DNA of 64,000 bases from Candidatus Eiseniibacteriota bacterium. GTDB taxonomy: Bacteria > Eisenbacteria > RBG-16-71-46 > SZUA-252. The notes under the pieces are model-generated. The model saw only the letters and a list, made by a program, of their open reading frames with translations, was not told the DNA's origin and ran no database searches. A program made the position numbers and the translations under genes. How positions within the stretch are numbered: the first letter of the stretch is position 1; each line of letters opens with the position of its first letter. The stretch covers positions 2,592,001-2,656,000 of the forward strand of contig OY969801.1 of the NCBI GenBank assembly GCA_963703225.1, in the 5' to 3' direction. This document shows, one piece after another, positions 37,947-47,338 of the stretch.

Positions 37947-39539
37947 ATGTCCGGCAATCAGATTCACTTCAATCAAGCTCAATACGACCGCAAGACCTGG
38001 TGGCTCCTGGGTCTCGCGATTCTGATCATCGTTGGCTTCTGCGTCACCATCCCGTCGCTCTACGTCGCGCTCGCGCGCTCCGGCTTCCTGGGAGACGCCC
38101 TCCCACCCACGGCGGGGCCCCTGTTGATCGGCCTCATCGGCCTTTCCGCCATCTACTGCCTGCTCATGATCCGGCAGCAGTCCCAGATCAACCGGATCCG
38201 ACGGAACATGCTCCTCGACCAGATGGAGCTGGAGCAGGCCCGCGGGCGGCTGGCGGAGCTGACCTCCCTCTTCCAGCTCGGGAATTCGCTCCACATGGAT
38301 CTCCCGCTGGAGACGATCTTGGAAATCACCGTGCGGCGTCTGGCGAGCACGCTCCATTCCCACGACGTCTCTCTCTTTCTCTGCGATCCCTCGTCGCGCA
38401 AGCTCACGTGCAAGGCGACGTTCGGCCTGACCGCGCGCGGACCCGAGCCCGACGTGGCGATCAACGAGGGGGCGATCGGGTGGGTGGCGCGGCACAGCGA
38501 GCCCATCCTCATGCGGGTCACCGACAAGGAGGCTCGCTTCGCCAAGTTCTTCGCGGCTCACCCCGACGCGGGCTCCGTCCTGGTGCTCCCCGTAAGCGTC
38601 GATAGGCGCTGCGTCGCGGTACTTCAAGTATGCCGCGCGCAGAAGGCCGATCCGTTCCGCCTCGAGCACCGGGACATTGGTCAGCTCTTCGCCGACAACG
38701 TCGCCGCGGTCATCGACCGAGCGCAGGCGATGGTGCGGATCCGACAGACTGCCGCCGCAGCCGAGGTCTCCCCGCAAGTCTACGAGAGCGCGATGGGCTC
38801 GTTTCGCGACGTGTTTCTCTCGACCGCCGCCGCCGAGCTGAAGGCACCCCTCTCGACCATCGTGGCCTACTCCGAGGTCTTGGATCAGAACGATGGAAAG
38901 ATGACCCCGGCAACGCGGCAGGAGATCTCGGATCGTCTGAGGGCTGAGGCCCAGCGGACGATGGCGATCATCGACGACGTCCTCGATCTCGTCCGCCTCG
39001 AGCTGGGGCGATATCTGCTCGACCTGCACGTGGGGAACGTGAACGAGATCGCGAAGACCGCCCTCGAGCTGGCCAAGCCGATGGCCGTCGCCCGGGGGAT
39101 CAACATCGACGCCGACCTCGATCCGTCCATCCCGGACCAGCACCTCGACCCTGCCAAGCTGCACCAGTCGATCCTCCATCTGCTGCGCAACGCGATCCGC
39201 CTCTCGCCCGCCAAGGGAAGAGTGCGGCTCGCCACCTCGCTCGACGAAACGGGGGTCCGCGTCGAGGTCCAGGACTCGGGACCGGCCGTCCCGACCGAAG
39301 GCTCGCAGAGCGTTTTCGACCTCGAGCGAATCGGAGAGCAGGAGGGAAAGCGTTGCGCGGAAGGCATGGGATTCGGCCTTCACCTGGCGCGGCGCTTCGT
39401 GGAGCTCCACGGCGGGCGGGTCGGGGCCGACCCCGCGCCCGAGGGGGGCGCGGTCTTCTGGTTCCTTCTGCCTCGGGGCGAGGATTTCGCGAGCCTGATC
39501 GGGAAGGACCCGTTCGTCGAGGACTTGGCGAACCAGTAG
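37947..39539 (+). CDS. Membrane GAF sensor histidine-kinase-like protein lacking the phospho-acceptor His
   Basis: Two TM helices, GAF, DHp-like FLSTAAAELKAPL, HATPase N box LLRNAI, DSG, GMGFGL. Confidence 0.85.
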   Translation: MSGNQIHFNQAQYDRKTWWLLGLAILIIVGFCVTIPSLYVALARSGFLGDALPPTAGPLLIGLIGLSAIYCLLMIRQQSQINRIRRNMLLDQMELEQARGRLAELTSLFQLGNSLHMDLPLETILEITVRRLASTLHSHDVSLFLCDPSSRKLTCKATFGLTARGPEPDVAINEGAIGWVARHSEPILMRVTDKEARFAKFFAAHPDAGSVLVLPVSVDRRCVAVLQVCRAQKADPFRLEHRDIGQLFADNVAAVIDRAQAMVRIRQTAAAAEVSPQVYESAMGSFRDVFLSTAAAELKAPLSTIVAYSEVLDQNDGKMTPATRQEISDRLRAEAQRTMAIIDDVLDLVRLELGRYLLDLHVGNVNEIAKTALELAKPMAVARGINIDADLDPSIPDQHLDPAKLHQSILHLLRNAIRLSPAKGRVRLATSLDETGVRVEVQDSGPAVPTEGSQSVFDLERIGEQEGKRCAEGMGFGLHLARRFVELHGGRVGADPAPEGGAVFWFLLPRGEDFASLIGKDPFVEDLANQ

Positions 39540-39550
39540 AGCGACGAACG

Positions 39551-40663
39551 CTAGGCCGGGCCGGCGCCCCGGGCGCGGGCTCCCCCGAGCGCCGCCTGAA
39601 CCATCGCCAGCTCCCCGACGTTTTCCAAGGTCACCATCCCCACCACCGAGCCGTCCGACTCCACGACGGGCACGGCGGGGCACCCTCCCTCCTGCATGCG
39701 GCGAAAGACATCCTCCAGCATCTCCCGAGGATGCGCCGCGCCGCACGTGCGACGCGCCACCTCGTCGACGCGGCGGTCGGTCCGGCCGCTCGCGAGTGCC
39801 GTCAAGAGATCCGCCCGGGTCAAGATCCCGATCGGCGGATCGCTGCCCGCCGATCCGAGCACGGGAAAGTCCTGCTGGTGTCCGTTCAGGAGAAGCTCCA
39901 CGGCGCGAGAGAGCGGCTCATCGCCGCGCAGCATCTTGAAGTCCCGGATCATCGCGCGCGAGACCGGGACCCCTGCGAACGCGGAGCGCATCTGGACGGC
40001 CGCGGCCTCCTGGCCCGCGCCGACGAAGACGAAGAGTGCGATGAAGAGGAGGATCGGGTTTCCGAAGAGTCCCAGAAGTCCAAAGAGGAGCGCGATCCCC
40101 TGTCCGACGTTCGCCGCGATCTGCGTGGCGCGCATGTAGTCGAGGCGCGTGGCCAGGAGGGCTCGCAGCACGCGGCCCCCGTCCATCGGAAAGGCCGGGA
40201 TCAGATTGAAGACCGCGAGGAAGACGTTGTAGGCGAGGAGCCGGGCGAAGAAGCTCGCTTGAAGCGCGGTCGGGTCTTGCAGCACGCCGAGCCCGCCGCT
40301 TCCCGCGAACGCGGCGAGGAGGACGCCCGCGATCGCGACGTTGACGGCCGGGCCGGCGAGCGCGACCGCGATCTCCTGCGCCGGTTTCTCTGGAATTCGC
40401 TCCAGCCGCGCCACGCCCCCGATCGGGAGCAGGGTGATGTCGCGCGTGCGGACGCCGTAGCGGCGCGCGGTCACCGCGTGCCCCAGCTCGTGGAGCACCA
40501 CGCAGCCGAAGAGGGCCAGGAAGAAGCCCACCGTCTCGGCCGCCTTCGCGGGGCTCTGCCCTTTCGCCAGCGCGAGAAAGACGAAGACGAGAAAGAGAAC
40601 GAAGGTCGCGTGGACCCGAATGGGTATCCCGGCGACCTTCGCGATCTGCCAGGACCAACGCAT
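39551..40663 (-). CDS. Site-2 protease (M50) with CBS domains
   Basis: HELGH, GGVA, AGPAVN, NLIPAFPMDGG; C-terminal CBS pair. Confidence 0.93.
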   Translation of the reverse strand: MRWSWQIAKVAGIPIRVHATFVLFLVFVFLALAKGQSPAKAAETVGFFLALFGCVVLHELGHAVTARRYGVRTRDITLLPIGGVARLERIPEKPAQEIAVALAGPAVNVAIAGVLLAAFAGSGGLGVLQDPTALQASFFARLLAYNVFLAVFNLIPAFPMDGGRVLRALLATRLDYMRATQIAANVGQGIALLFGLLGLFGNPILLFIALFVFVGAGQEAAAVQMRSAFAGVPVSRAMIRDFKMLRGDEPLSRAVELLLNGHQQDFPVLGSAGSDPPIGILTRADLLTALASGRTDRRVDEVARRTCGAAHPREMLEDVFRRMQEGGCPAVPVVESDGSVVGMVTLENVGELAMVQAALGGARARGAGPA

Positions 40664-40688
40664 GCGGACCCGGGTCCCTTACGACACG

Positions 40689-41342
40689 CTACGAGGCGGT
40701 GCCGGGCTTGATGACGATCGTGACCGGACCGTCCAGCGTGACCTTGATCTTCTGCCCCGCCGGCAGCACGATCTGATCGCCCTTCGTCGCGACGGCCACG
40801 CCCGTGCCCGCGGCGGCGCCGGCCGCCGCGCCCTTGCCGACGTCATGCGACCCGCCCAGGATTCCCCCGATGATCCCGCCGGCGACGGCGCCGCCGCCGA
40901 TCTCCATCGCGCTCTCCTTGGCGTCGCCCTTTCCCTTCATGCGAAGCGGTGCCGCGGAGATCGAGTAGCTCTTTCCGTCAGGAACCACCAGCTCGATGAA
41001 GCGAAGCGTAAGCTCCGCCCCGCCCGCGACCCGTCCCGCCGGATCGACGTGGGTCACTTCGCCGTTGATCGTGGATCCCGCCGGCACGACGACCGTCTCG
41101 TTGACCCGCACTTCCTCTTGCGTGCGCAGGGCCACCTTGTCGCCGACCTTGCTCTTGCCGGTGTCGATCGTGCTCTGAAGCTGGCCGACGAGGTGGGTCC
41201 CGGCGACCAGCGTCTCCGACTTCTCCTTCTCGGCTACCGCCTGTTGCTGCTGACCGCAGCCCGCACCCCAGAGGGCGACGGCCGCGAGCGCGCCGAGAAG
41301 AACGGCCCGGTGGGGCCAAGACGCTGCGATTCGATGCCTCAT
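40689..41342 (-). CDS. Hypothetical lipoprotein with a glycine zipper
   Basis: Leader ending GAG-C; beta-rich core; GGGAVAGGIIGGILGG...GAAAGAAAG. Confidence 0.7.
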   Translation of the reverse strand: MRHRIAASWPHRAVLLGALAAVALWGAGCGQQQQAVAEKEKSETLVAGTHLVGQLQSTIDTGKSKVGDKVALRTQEEVRVNETVVVPAGSTINGEVTHVDPAGRVAGGAELTLRFIELVVPDGKSYSISAAPLRMKGKGDAKESAMEIGGGAVAGGIIGGILGGSHDVGKGAAAGAAAGTGVAVATKGDQIVLPAGQKIKVTLDGPVTIVIKPGTAS

Positions 41343-43402
41343 GCGTTTCTCCTTTCATCCGTGAAGTGGCGTTGGAGCCACCCGTGGACCTCCCGGTTCC
41401 ACACAAGCGAGTTGTGCGGCTTGAGAACCCAGTGGTTCTCGTCCGGGAAGAAGACGAGACGCGCCTCGACCCCCTTTGCTTTGTAGATATTGTAGACCGC
41501 GAGCGCCTGCGTATGCGGGACCCGGTAGTCGCGCTCCCCGTGAATCACGAGCATCGGCGTCGTGAAGCCGCGCGCGAAGCGTGCGGGGTTCCATCGGTCG
41601 ATCGCATCGAGACGGTCCCACGGCTCCCCGCCGTAGGCCTGGTGTCGCCCCTGCGTGACGTCGCTCCCATACTCGGCGAGGAGGTCGAAGACCCCAGCGT
41701 GGTTCACGAGGCAGCGGAAGCGGTCGGTGTTTCCCGCGATCCAGCAGACCAAATAGCCGCCGTACGATCCGCCTGTCGCCGCCATCCGACGCTCATCGAT
41801 AAAGCCGGTTTCCAGAAGCACGTCGGTGGACTTCATGATGTCGGTGAAGGGCTTGTCGCCGTGGCCGCCCTGGATCACCGCGGCAAATTCCTGGCCCCAC
41901 GAAGTGGACCCATGGAAGTTCACCGTGGCCACCACGTAGCCGGGCGCCGCGAAGAGCTGCGGGCTCCACCGGAAGTGAAAGTTATCCCCGGCGATCGCGT
42001 GCGGGCCTCCGTGGATGACCTGGACGAGCGGCCACTTCTTCTTGGGATCGAACCCAGGCGGGAGGACGACGTACATCTGGATCGGATTCCCATCGGCGCC
42101 GTCGAAGATCATCTCCCGCACCTCACCCATCGAGATCTCGGCCAGGAGCGGACCGTTGAACCGCGTGTGCGCTTTGAGGTCGGCGCCGTCGGTGCGGCAG
42201 CTTGCGAGCTCGGCCGGCTCGGAGAGGTTCTGAATCGTGAAGTAGAGCCGGCCGTCCGGGCCGGCCCGCAGCCCGCCGATCGTGCCGCCCTCGCGGACCA
42301 GCGTGGGCAGCGACTCCCCTGGCTTCATCACGAAGAGGTTCACGCGGCCGCGATCCTCGGCCTCCACGGCGAGCGCTCCGTCGGGCAGGAATTCCCACGC
42401 GGCGGCCGACCGGTCCCAATCCTCGGTGAGCACGACATGTGTTCCCGACGAACGCTCGAGGCGAACCAGTCGGACCCTGTCAGCGTAGAAATAGGGATCC
42501 CGCTGGAGGCCGTAGATCAGGAAGCGGCCGTCCGGCGCGTAGCGGGGGCGGTGCGCGTCGGACGAGTTCTTCGGCGTCCCCTCCGGCGTCAGACATCGAA
42601 CGGGACCTTTCCCCGATGTCGGAACGGTGAAAAGCGCCCACCGCAGCAGCTGGTGCGGCGGCTTGCTGGAGTTGGCGACAAAGGCGATCTCGGCACCGTC
42701 CGGCGCGATGTCGTACTGCCCACCGGGCTCCATGAAATCAAACCAGCCCGCTCCCTCGGGGGTGAGGTCGGTGAGGCGGCGCGACTCCAGGTCCAGGACA
42801 AACAGGTGGGGGACCTCGCCGCCCGTGAGCCAGCGGTCCCAGAACCGGTAGATCCGATCCTCGGTGACGTGCGCCTTGACCGGATCCTTCGAGCGCTTCT
42901 CGATCAGCTCCTTGGTTCCTTCGGGCGTCGGCGCCTCAGAGCAGAGGTGGGCGCCGAAGGCGATCCGCTTGCCGTCGGGGAACCACTTGGGATCGAAGAC
43001 GCCGAGCGGCATCTCGGTGAGACGCTCCGCCTCGCCACCCTCGAGCGGGAGCAGATAGAGCTGGGGCTTCTCCTCGCCCTGGCCGCGCACGAACGCGACC
43101 CGCTTTCCATCCGGCGAATAGGCCGGATCGGTCGAAGAGAATTCCTCCGCGGTGATCGCGCGGGCCTCGCCGCCTCGCGAAGCGAGAGGGACAAGCCACA
43201 GGCGCGATCGCCCGCGGTTCTGATCGATGTCGTACGTGGTCACTGAAACGATCGCCGCCGAGCCGTCGGGCGCAGGGGCGGGGCTCCCCACGCGGGAGAA
43301 CTTCCAGAGGTCCTCCGCGGTGATCGGGCGCTTGCCCGGATTGGTGGCTGGGTAGAGCACCTTGGAGCGCTGTGCTTGCGATTGCGGCTCGGCGACGTGC
43401 AA
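41339..43402 (-). CDS. S9 family (prolyl oligopeptidase / dipeptidyl peptidase-like) serine peptidase
   Basis: Beta-propeller repeats, IHGGP, GGSYGG, DYRVP, ENHW; GGAGG SD before TTG. Confidence 0.93.
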   Translation of the reverse strand: MHVAEPQSQAQRSKVLYPATNPGKRPITAEDLWKFSRVGSPAPAPDGSAAIVSVTTYDIDQNRGRSRLWLVPLASRGGEARAITAEEFSSTDPAYSPDGKRVAFVRGQGEEKPQLYLLPLEGGEAERLTEMPLGVFDPKWFPDGKRIAFGAHLCSEAPTPEGTKELIEKRSKDPVKAHVTEDRIYRFWDRWLTGGEVPHLFVLDLESRRLTDLTPEGAGWFDFMEPGGQYDIAPDGAEIAFVANSSKPPHQLLRWALFTVPTSGKGPVRCLTPEGTPKNSSDAHRPRYAPDGRFLIYGLQRDPYFYADRVRLVRLERSSGTHVVLTEDWDRSAAAWEFLPDGALAVEAEDRGRVNLFVMKPGESLPTLVREGGTIGGLRAGPDGRLYFTIQNLSEPAELASCRTDGADLKAHTRFNGPLLAEISMGEVREMIFDGADGNPIQMYVVLPPGFDPKKKWPLVQVIHGGPHAIAGDNFHFRWSPQLFAAPGYVVATVNFHGSTSWGQEFAAVIQGGHGDKPFTDIMKSTDVLLETGFIDERRMAATGGSYGGYLVCWIAGNTDRFRCLVNHAGVFDLLAEYGSDVTQGRHQAYGGEPWDRLDAIDRWNPARFARGFTTPMLVIHGERDYRVPHTQALAVYNIYKAKGVEARLVFFPDENHWVLKPHNSLVWNREVHGWLQRHFTDERRNA

Positions 43403-43415
43403 GAGATACCTCCGG

Positions 43416-43961
43416 TTACTTGGTCGCTTGCTTTTGATTTCTCGGGTCGTCGGAGGGATTGACGTAGTTGATTCCCCACGGCCCCACGCCGTGGACCTGG
43501 ATCACCGTTTCCTCCTTCGTCCAGACGTAGTGCGATACACCTGCCGGCATGATCGAAAACGAGCCGGCCGGCAGCGCATGGGCCTTGGATTCGTCCCACG
43601 AATCGCCGAATGCCATATGGATCGCTCCCGAGATCACGGTCAGGTGTTCGATTCCGGGGTGCGTGTGCGGCATGACTTTGTACCCAGCCGGCATCCACGC
43701 GCGGATCGTGAACGGACCGGGCGCCGCCAGATCTCCCTCCAGCACGCAAGCCTTGGCGCCCTTCGGGAGCCCCGGAGGGGCCTCGCTCCATTTGATGTCG
43801 GTGGGCGTGTAATACGTGTGCGCCGCCATCGCCGGTGTGGGCGCCACCGCCGGCGTCGGGACCGCGGCATCGGGCTTGGTCGTGGCCGGTGGGTCGCCCG
43901 CGCGCGCAGCGGCCGTGGCCAAGAGCAACACCGAGCCGATCGTTACCAGGACTCGCCTCAT
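43416..43961 (-). CDS. Secreted cupin-domain (DUF4437-like) protein
   Basis: Signal peptide; PHTHPGIEHLTVISG...HY cupin metal motif; INYVNPSDDPR. Confidence 0.85.
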   Translation of the reverse strand: MRRVLVTIGSVLLLATAAARAGDPPATTKPDAAVPTPAVAPTPAMAAHTYYTPTDIKWSEAPPGLPKGAKACVLEGDLAAPGPFTIRAWMPAGYKVMPHTHPGIEHLTVISGAIHMAFGDSWDESKAHALPAGSFSIMPAGVSHYVWTKEETVIQVHGVGPWGINYVNPSDDPRNQKQATK

Positions 43962-43989
43962 CGAGACCCTCCCTTTCCAATGTGGATGG

Positions 43990-45150
43990 CTAGAATCGAA
44001 ACACCGCCGCGATGGGACTCTTCGTCGGCATCGATACCAGCGGGAGCACGTAGACTTCGGCCCCCCGCTTGAACGATTCCTCACAGATGTCGTCCAGTAG
44101 ATCGTCATCGTCCGGGCCGGGCTGCTTGGCGTGGCGCGTCACCGCGCCGGTCGCCTTGTCGAGCAGCCCCCGGACCGTCTCGCCCTCGGCCGCAAAGACG
44201 CACCTCACGCGGCCGCCGATCGCGGCGAGCGCGATTTCATCGATGTTGTCGGTGGCGAGGCCAGTACCCGCGAGCGATCGGTAGCGCGCGATCCAGACTC
44301 CGATTTTTTCATCGAAGGCGCGGCCGACGACCGGCCATGCCTCGGCATGGATCTTCTCGCCGTTCACCCGCTCGTAGTTGCCGTCGAGCCCCTCGGTCAG
44401 CAGATGAGGGTATGTGTTCGCCTCGCGGTAGATCGAATGGTAGTAGCGCACGGCCGCGAGGATCAGCGGGGCCCGCTCGTCGCGGAGATATTCTCGGAGA
44501 GCCTTGTCGACCGCCCGGAAATATTGAAGCAACTTTTCCTTGGTTTCTTCCCTTCCCGGGCCGCGCCCGTGGAACACGAACTGGGCCGGGGCGCCGTGCC
44601 CGCCGAATGCGCGATCGAGGTCGGGCACGCCGAGCGCTCCCCGGAGGCTTTCCGGCAGCCCGCCAAGCTCGACGGCTCCGGCGCCAAAGGGGCTCCCCTC
44701 GTAGAGACTGACCGCGTTTTGGCTCAGCGCCAGAACGAAATATCGACGATTCGAGCCGAGAAAGCGGATGAGCGGCTTGACGTGGAAGGAATCCGCCACG
44801 ACCACCCGCTCGGGCACGGAGATCGGGAGACGGTAGACGGCATGAACCGTCGGCGAGAGGAACACGGCCAGGCCGTCGAGCGAGTGCTCCCAGTGGGCGT
44901 GATTCTCCAGCGCGCGAAGCGGCTCGACAATGCGAGCGGCGTCGCGGGGCGCCGGGCCCTTCGCGAGCAGCGATTCTGCCTCCCCGACGAGCGCGCGGAA
45001 CCGCACCGGATCCTGCTTCGATCCAGGGTGGGCGCGGTGCGTCGGGAGGTAGATCGATATGCAGGGAGATGCCGGGGCCGCCATCAGCCGCTGAAGCTCC
45101 TCGGCCCGAAACAACGTTGGGGACAGAACCTGTGCGGAGCGGGTCGCCAT
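43990..45150 (-). CDS. Bacterial aeRF1-like protein (baeRF3/7 type, Balon-like)
   Basis: CISIYLPTHR, DSFHVKPL, FVLALSQNAVSLYEG, YFRAVDKAL, PLILA, DDLLDD, AAVFRF; no GGQ. Confidence 0.8.
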   Translation of the reverse strand: MATRSAQVLSPTLFRAEELQRLMAAPASPCISIYLPTHRAHPGSKQDPVRFRALVGEAESLLAKGPAPRDAARIVEPLRALENHAHWEHSLDGLAVFLSPTVHAVYRLPISVPERVVVADSFHVKPLIRFLGSNRRYFVLALSQNAVSLYEGSPFGAGAVELGGLPESLRGALGVPDLDRAFGGHGAPAQFVFHGRGPGREETKEKLLQYFRAVDKALREYLRDERAPLILAAVRYYHSIYREANTYPHLLTEGLDGNYERVNGEKIHAEAWPVVGRAFDEKIGVWIARYRSLAGTGLATDNIDEIALAAIGGRVRCVFAAEGETVRGLLDKATGAVTRHAKQPGPDDDDLLDDICEESFKRGAEVYVLPLVSMPTKSPIAAVFRF

Positions 45151-45154
45151 CGTG

Positions 45155-45388
45155 CTACGCCGGCTTGGCCGCGGGCGGCGGCAACGCGCGGGCCTCGATC
45201 TGCGACTCGAAGCCGCACTCCTTGTGCGTCCCGTCGCAGAACGGTTTGCTGGACGATTCGCCGCAGCGGCAGAGCGAGATCGTGGTCCGCCCCCCGAGGT
45301 CGAACGGGCGCCCCTCCTGGTCGACGACGGTGAACTCCCCCTCGATCCGGACGGGGCCGTTGTTTCGGATGGTGATCTTGGCCGGCAT
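45155..45388 (-). CDS. CDGSH iron-sulfur domain protein
   Basis: NGP and LCRCGESSSKPFCDGTH; AGGAGG SD. Confidence 0.93.
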   Translation of the reverse strand: MPAKITIRNNGPVRIEGEFTVVDQEGRPFDLGGRTTISLCRCGESSSKPFCDGTHKECGFESQIEARALPPPAAKPA

Positions 45389-45422
45389 GTCCCCTCCTCG
45401 CCCTCATGGATGCAGCGGGACG

Positions 45423-45438
45423 GAGAGTATATACTCTC
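45423..45438. promoter_or_regulatory. Perfect 16-bp palindrome, bidirectional -10 element and/or operator
   Basis: GAGAGTATATACTCTC contains TATACT on both strands, between the divergent CDGSH gene and ettA. Confidence 0.65.
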
Positions 45439-45507
45439 GGGACGTTCGCGGCACGCCGCACGGCAGAGCCCACCCGAACCCGACCCCAGTTCCAGAGGAT
45501 CGAGCGC

Positions 45508-47187
45508 ATGGCGCCTCAGTACATATTCACGATGGTCAATCTCGGCAAGGTCCATCCGCCGAACAAGGAAGTACTCAAGGGGATCTACCTCTCGTTCTAT
45601 CCCGGCGCCAAGATCGGCGTCCTGGGCCAGAACGGGGCCGGGAAGAGCACCCTGCTCCGCATCATGGCGGGGGTCGAAGAGCCGACGAGCGGCGAAGCGC
45701 GCCCCGCCAAGGGCATCAAGGTCGGGTTTCTCCCGCAAGAGCCCGATCTCGACCCGGACAAGGACGTACTCGGAAATATCGAGATGGGCGTGGCCGAGAC
45801 GCGGGCGCTCCTCGACCAGTTCAACGCGCTGAACATGAGGTTGGGCGAGAGCCTCTCCGCTGCCGAGATGGAAAAGGTGATGGAGGAGCACGGACGCGTG
45901 ATGGCCGAGATCGAGACGAAGAACGCATGGGAGCTGGACCGGACGCTCGAGATCGCCATGGACGCTCTCCGGGTACCGCCCGGGGACACCGACGTGCGGA
46001 CCCTCTCGGGGGGCGAGCGGCGGCGGGTCGCGCTCTGCCGGTTGCTCCTCACCCGGCCCGACCTCCTTTTGCTCGACGAGCCGACCAACCATCTCGACGC
46101 GGAATCGGTGGCCTGGCTCGAGCGCTTCCTCCACGAGTATCCCGGAACCGTCGTCGCGGTCACGCACGACCGATACTTCTTGGACAACGTCGCGGGCTGG
46201 ATTTTGGAGCTGGACCGCGGCCAGGGCATTCCCTGGGAGGGTAACTATTCGTCGTGGCTGGAGCAAAAACGCCAGCGCCTCTCCATCGAGGAGAAGACCG
46301 AGTCGGCGCGCCAGCGCACCCTGGCGAGGGAGTTGGAGTGGGTCCGGATGTCGCCGCGGGCCAGGCAGGCCAAGAGCAAGGCGCGCGTCACCGCGTATGA
46401 AGAGCTCTTGCGTCAGGAGACCGAGAAGCGGACCGAGATCGCGGAAATCTCGATCCCCGCGGGGCCGCGGCTCGGGAATCTGGTGGTCGACGCGAAGGAC
46501 TTGGTGAAAGGCTATGGGGACCGCATTCTGATCGAGGGGCTCTCGTTTCACCTCCCTCCGGGCGGCATTGTGGGGATCATCGGCCCGAACGGCGCCGGGA
46601 AGACGACGCTCTTCCGCCTCATCGCCGGCGTGGAGAAAGCAGATGGTGGCGCGCTCCGGGTGGGAGACACGGTGAAGCTGGCGTACGTCGACCAGTCGCG
46701 AGACAGCCTCGATGGATCGAAAACCGTATGGGAGGAGATTTCGGGCGGCGAGGACTTGATCGAGCTGGGCGCCCGGAGCGTCCCCTCACGTTCTTACGTC
46801 GCGGCGTTCAACTTCAAGGGCGCCGATCAGCAGAAGCTGGTCAAGCACCTCTCCGGCGGCGAGCGAAACCGCGTCCATCTCGCCAAGGTGCTCCGCTCGG
46901 GCGGAAATCTCCTGCTCCTTGACGAGCCGACCAACGATCTCGACGTCGATACGCTCCGCGCCCTGGAGGAAGCGGTGTTGGGCTTCGCGGGGTGCGTCTG
47001 CGTGATCAGCCACGACCGCTGGTTCCTCGATCGGATCGCGACCCACATGCTCGCGTTCGAGGAGGACGGCAGCACCGTCTGGTTCGAGGGCAATTACCAG
47101 GACTACGAGGCGAACCGCCACATGCGTCTCGGCGCCGCCGCCGATCAGCCCCACCGGCTCAAGTACAAGCGCCTGGTCCGGGAGTAG
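45508..47187 (+). CDS. ettA: Energy-dependent translational throttle protein (ABC-F)
   Basis: LSFYPGAKIGVLGQNGAGKS, two ABC domains, ELEWVRMSPRARQAKSKAR linker, QPHRLKYK end. Confidence 0.96.
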   Translation: MAPQYIFTMVNLGKVHPPNKEVLKGIYLSFYPGAKIGVLGQNGAGKSTLLRIMAGVEEPTSGEARPAKGIKVGFLPQEPDLDPDKDVLGNIEMGVAETRALLDQFNALNMRLGESLSAAEMEKVMEEHGRVMAEIETKNAWELDRTLEIAMDALRVPPGDTDVRTLSGGERRRVALCRLLLTRPDLLLLDEPTNHLDAESVAWLERFLHEYPGTVVAVTHDRYFLDNVAGWILELDRGQGIPWEGNYSSWLEQKRQRLSIEEKTESARQRTLARELEWVRMSPRARQAKSKARVTAYEELLRQETEKRTEIAEISIPAGPRLGNLVVDAKDLVKGYGDRILIEGLSFHLPPGGIVGIIGPNGAGKTTLFRLIAGVEKADGGALRVGDTVKLAYVDQSRDSLDGSKTVWEEISGGEDLIELGARSVPSRSYVAAFNFKGADQQKLVKHLSGGERNRVHLAKVLRSGGNLLLLDEPTNDLDVDTLRALEEAVLGFAGCVCVISHDRWFLDRIATHMLAFEEDGSTVWFEGNYQDYEANRHMRLGAAADQPHRLKYKRLVRE

Positions 47188-47251
47188 TTTCCTCCCCAAA
47201 GATCTAGTCTAAGTCACAATTTCACTTTATCTTGCGCCGCAAATAATTTCC

Positions 47252-47291
47252 TTGAATCCTTTGCTATCATATCGATATCATAATGACATCA
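47252..47291 (+). promoter_or_regulatory. Sigma70-like promoter overlapped by three 8-bp operator boxes
   Basis: TTGAAT-N18-TATCAT; TGCTATCA (47262), CGATATCA (47273), TGACATCA (47284) at an 11-bp period. Confidence 0.7.
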
Positions 47292-47338
47292 ACCCAGCCG
47301 CCGCGGTGGCGGAACGGGGAACTGGAAGGGGCCCTGTC

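Noticed and set aside
45151..46551. 853-aa ORF 43990..46551 as a giant baeRF fusion
   Set aside because: The extension is antisense to ettA and overlaps the CDGSH gene; the real start is ATG 45150
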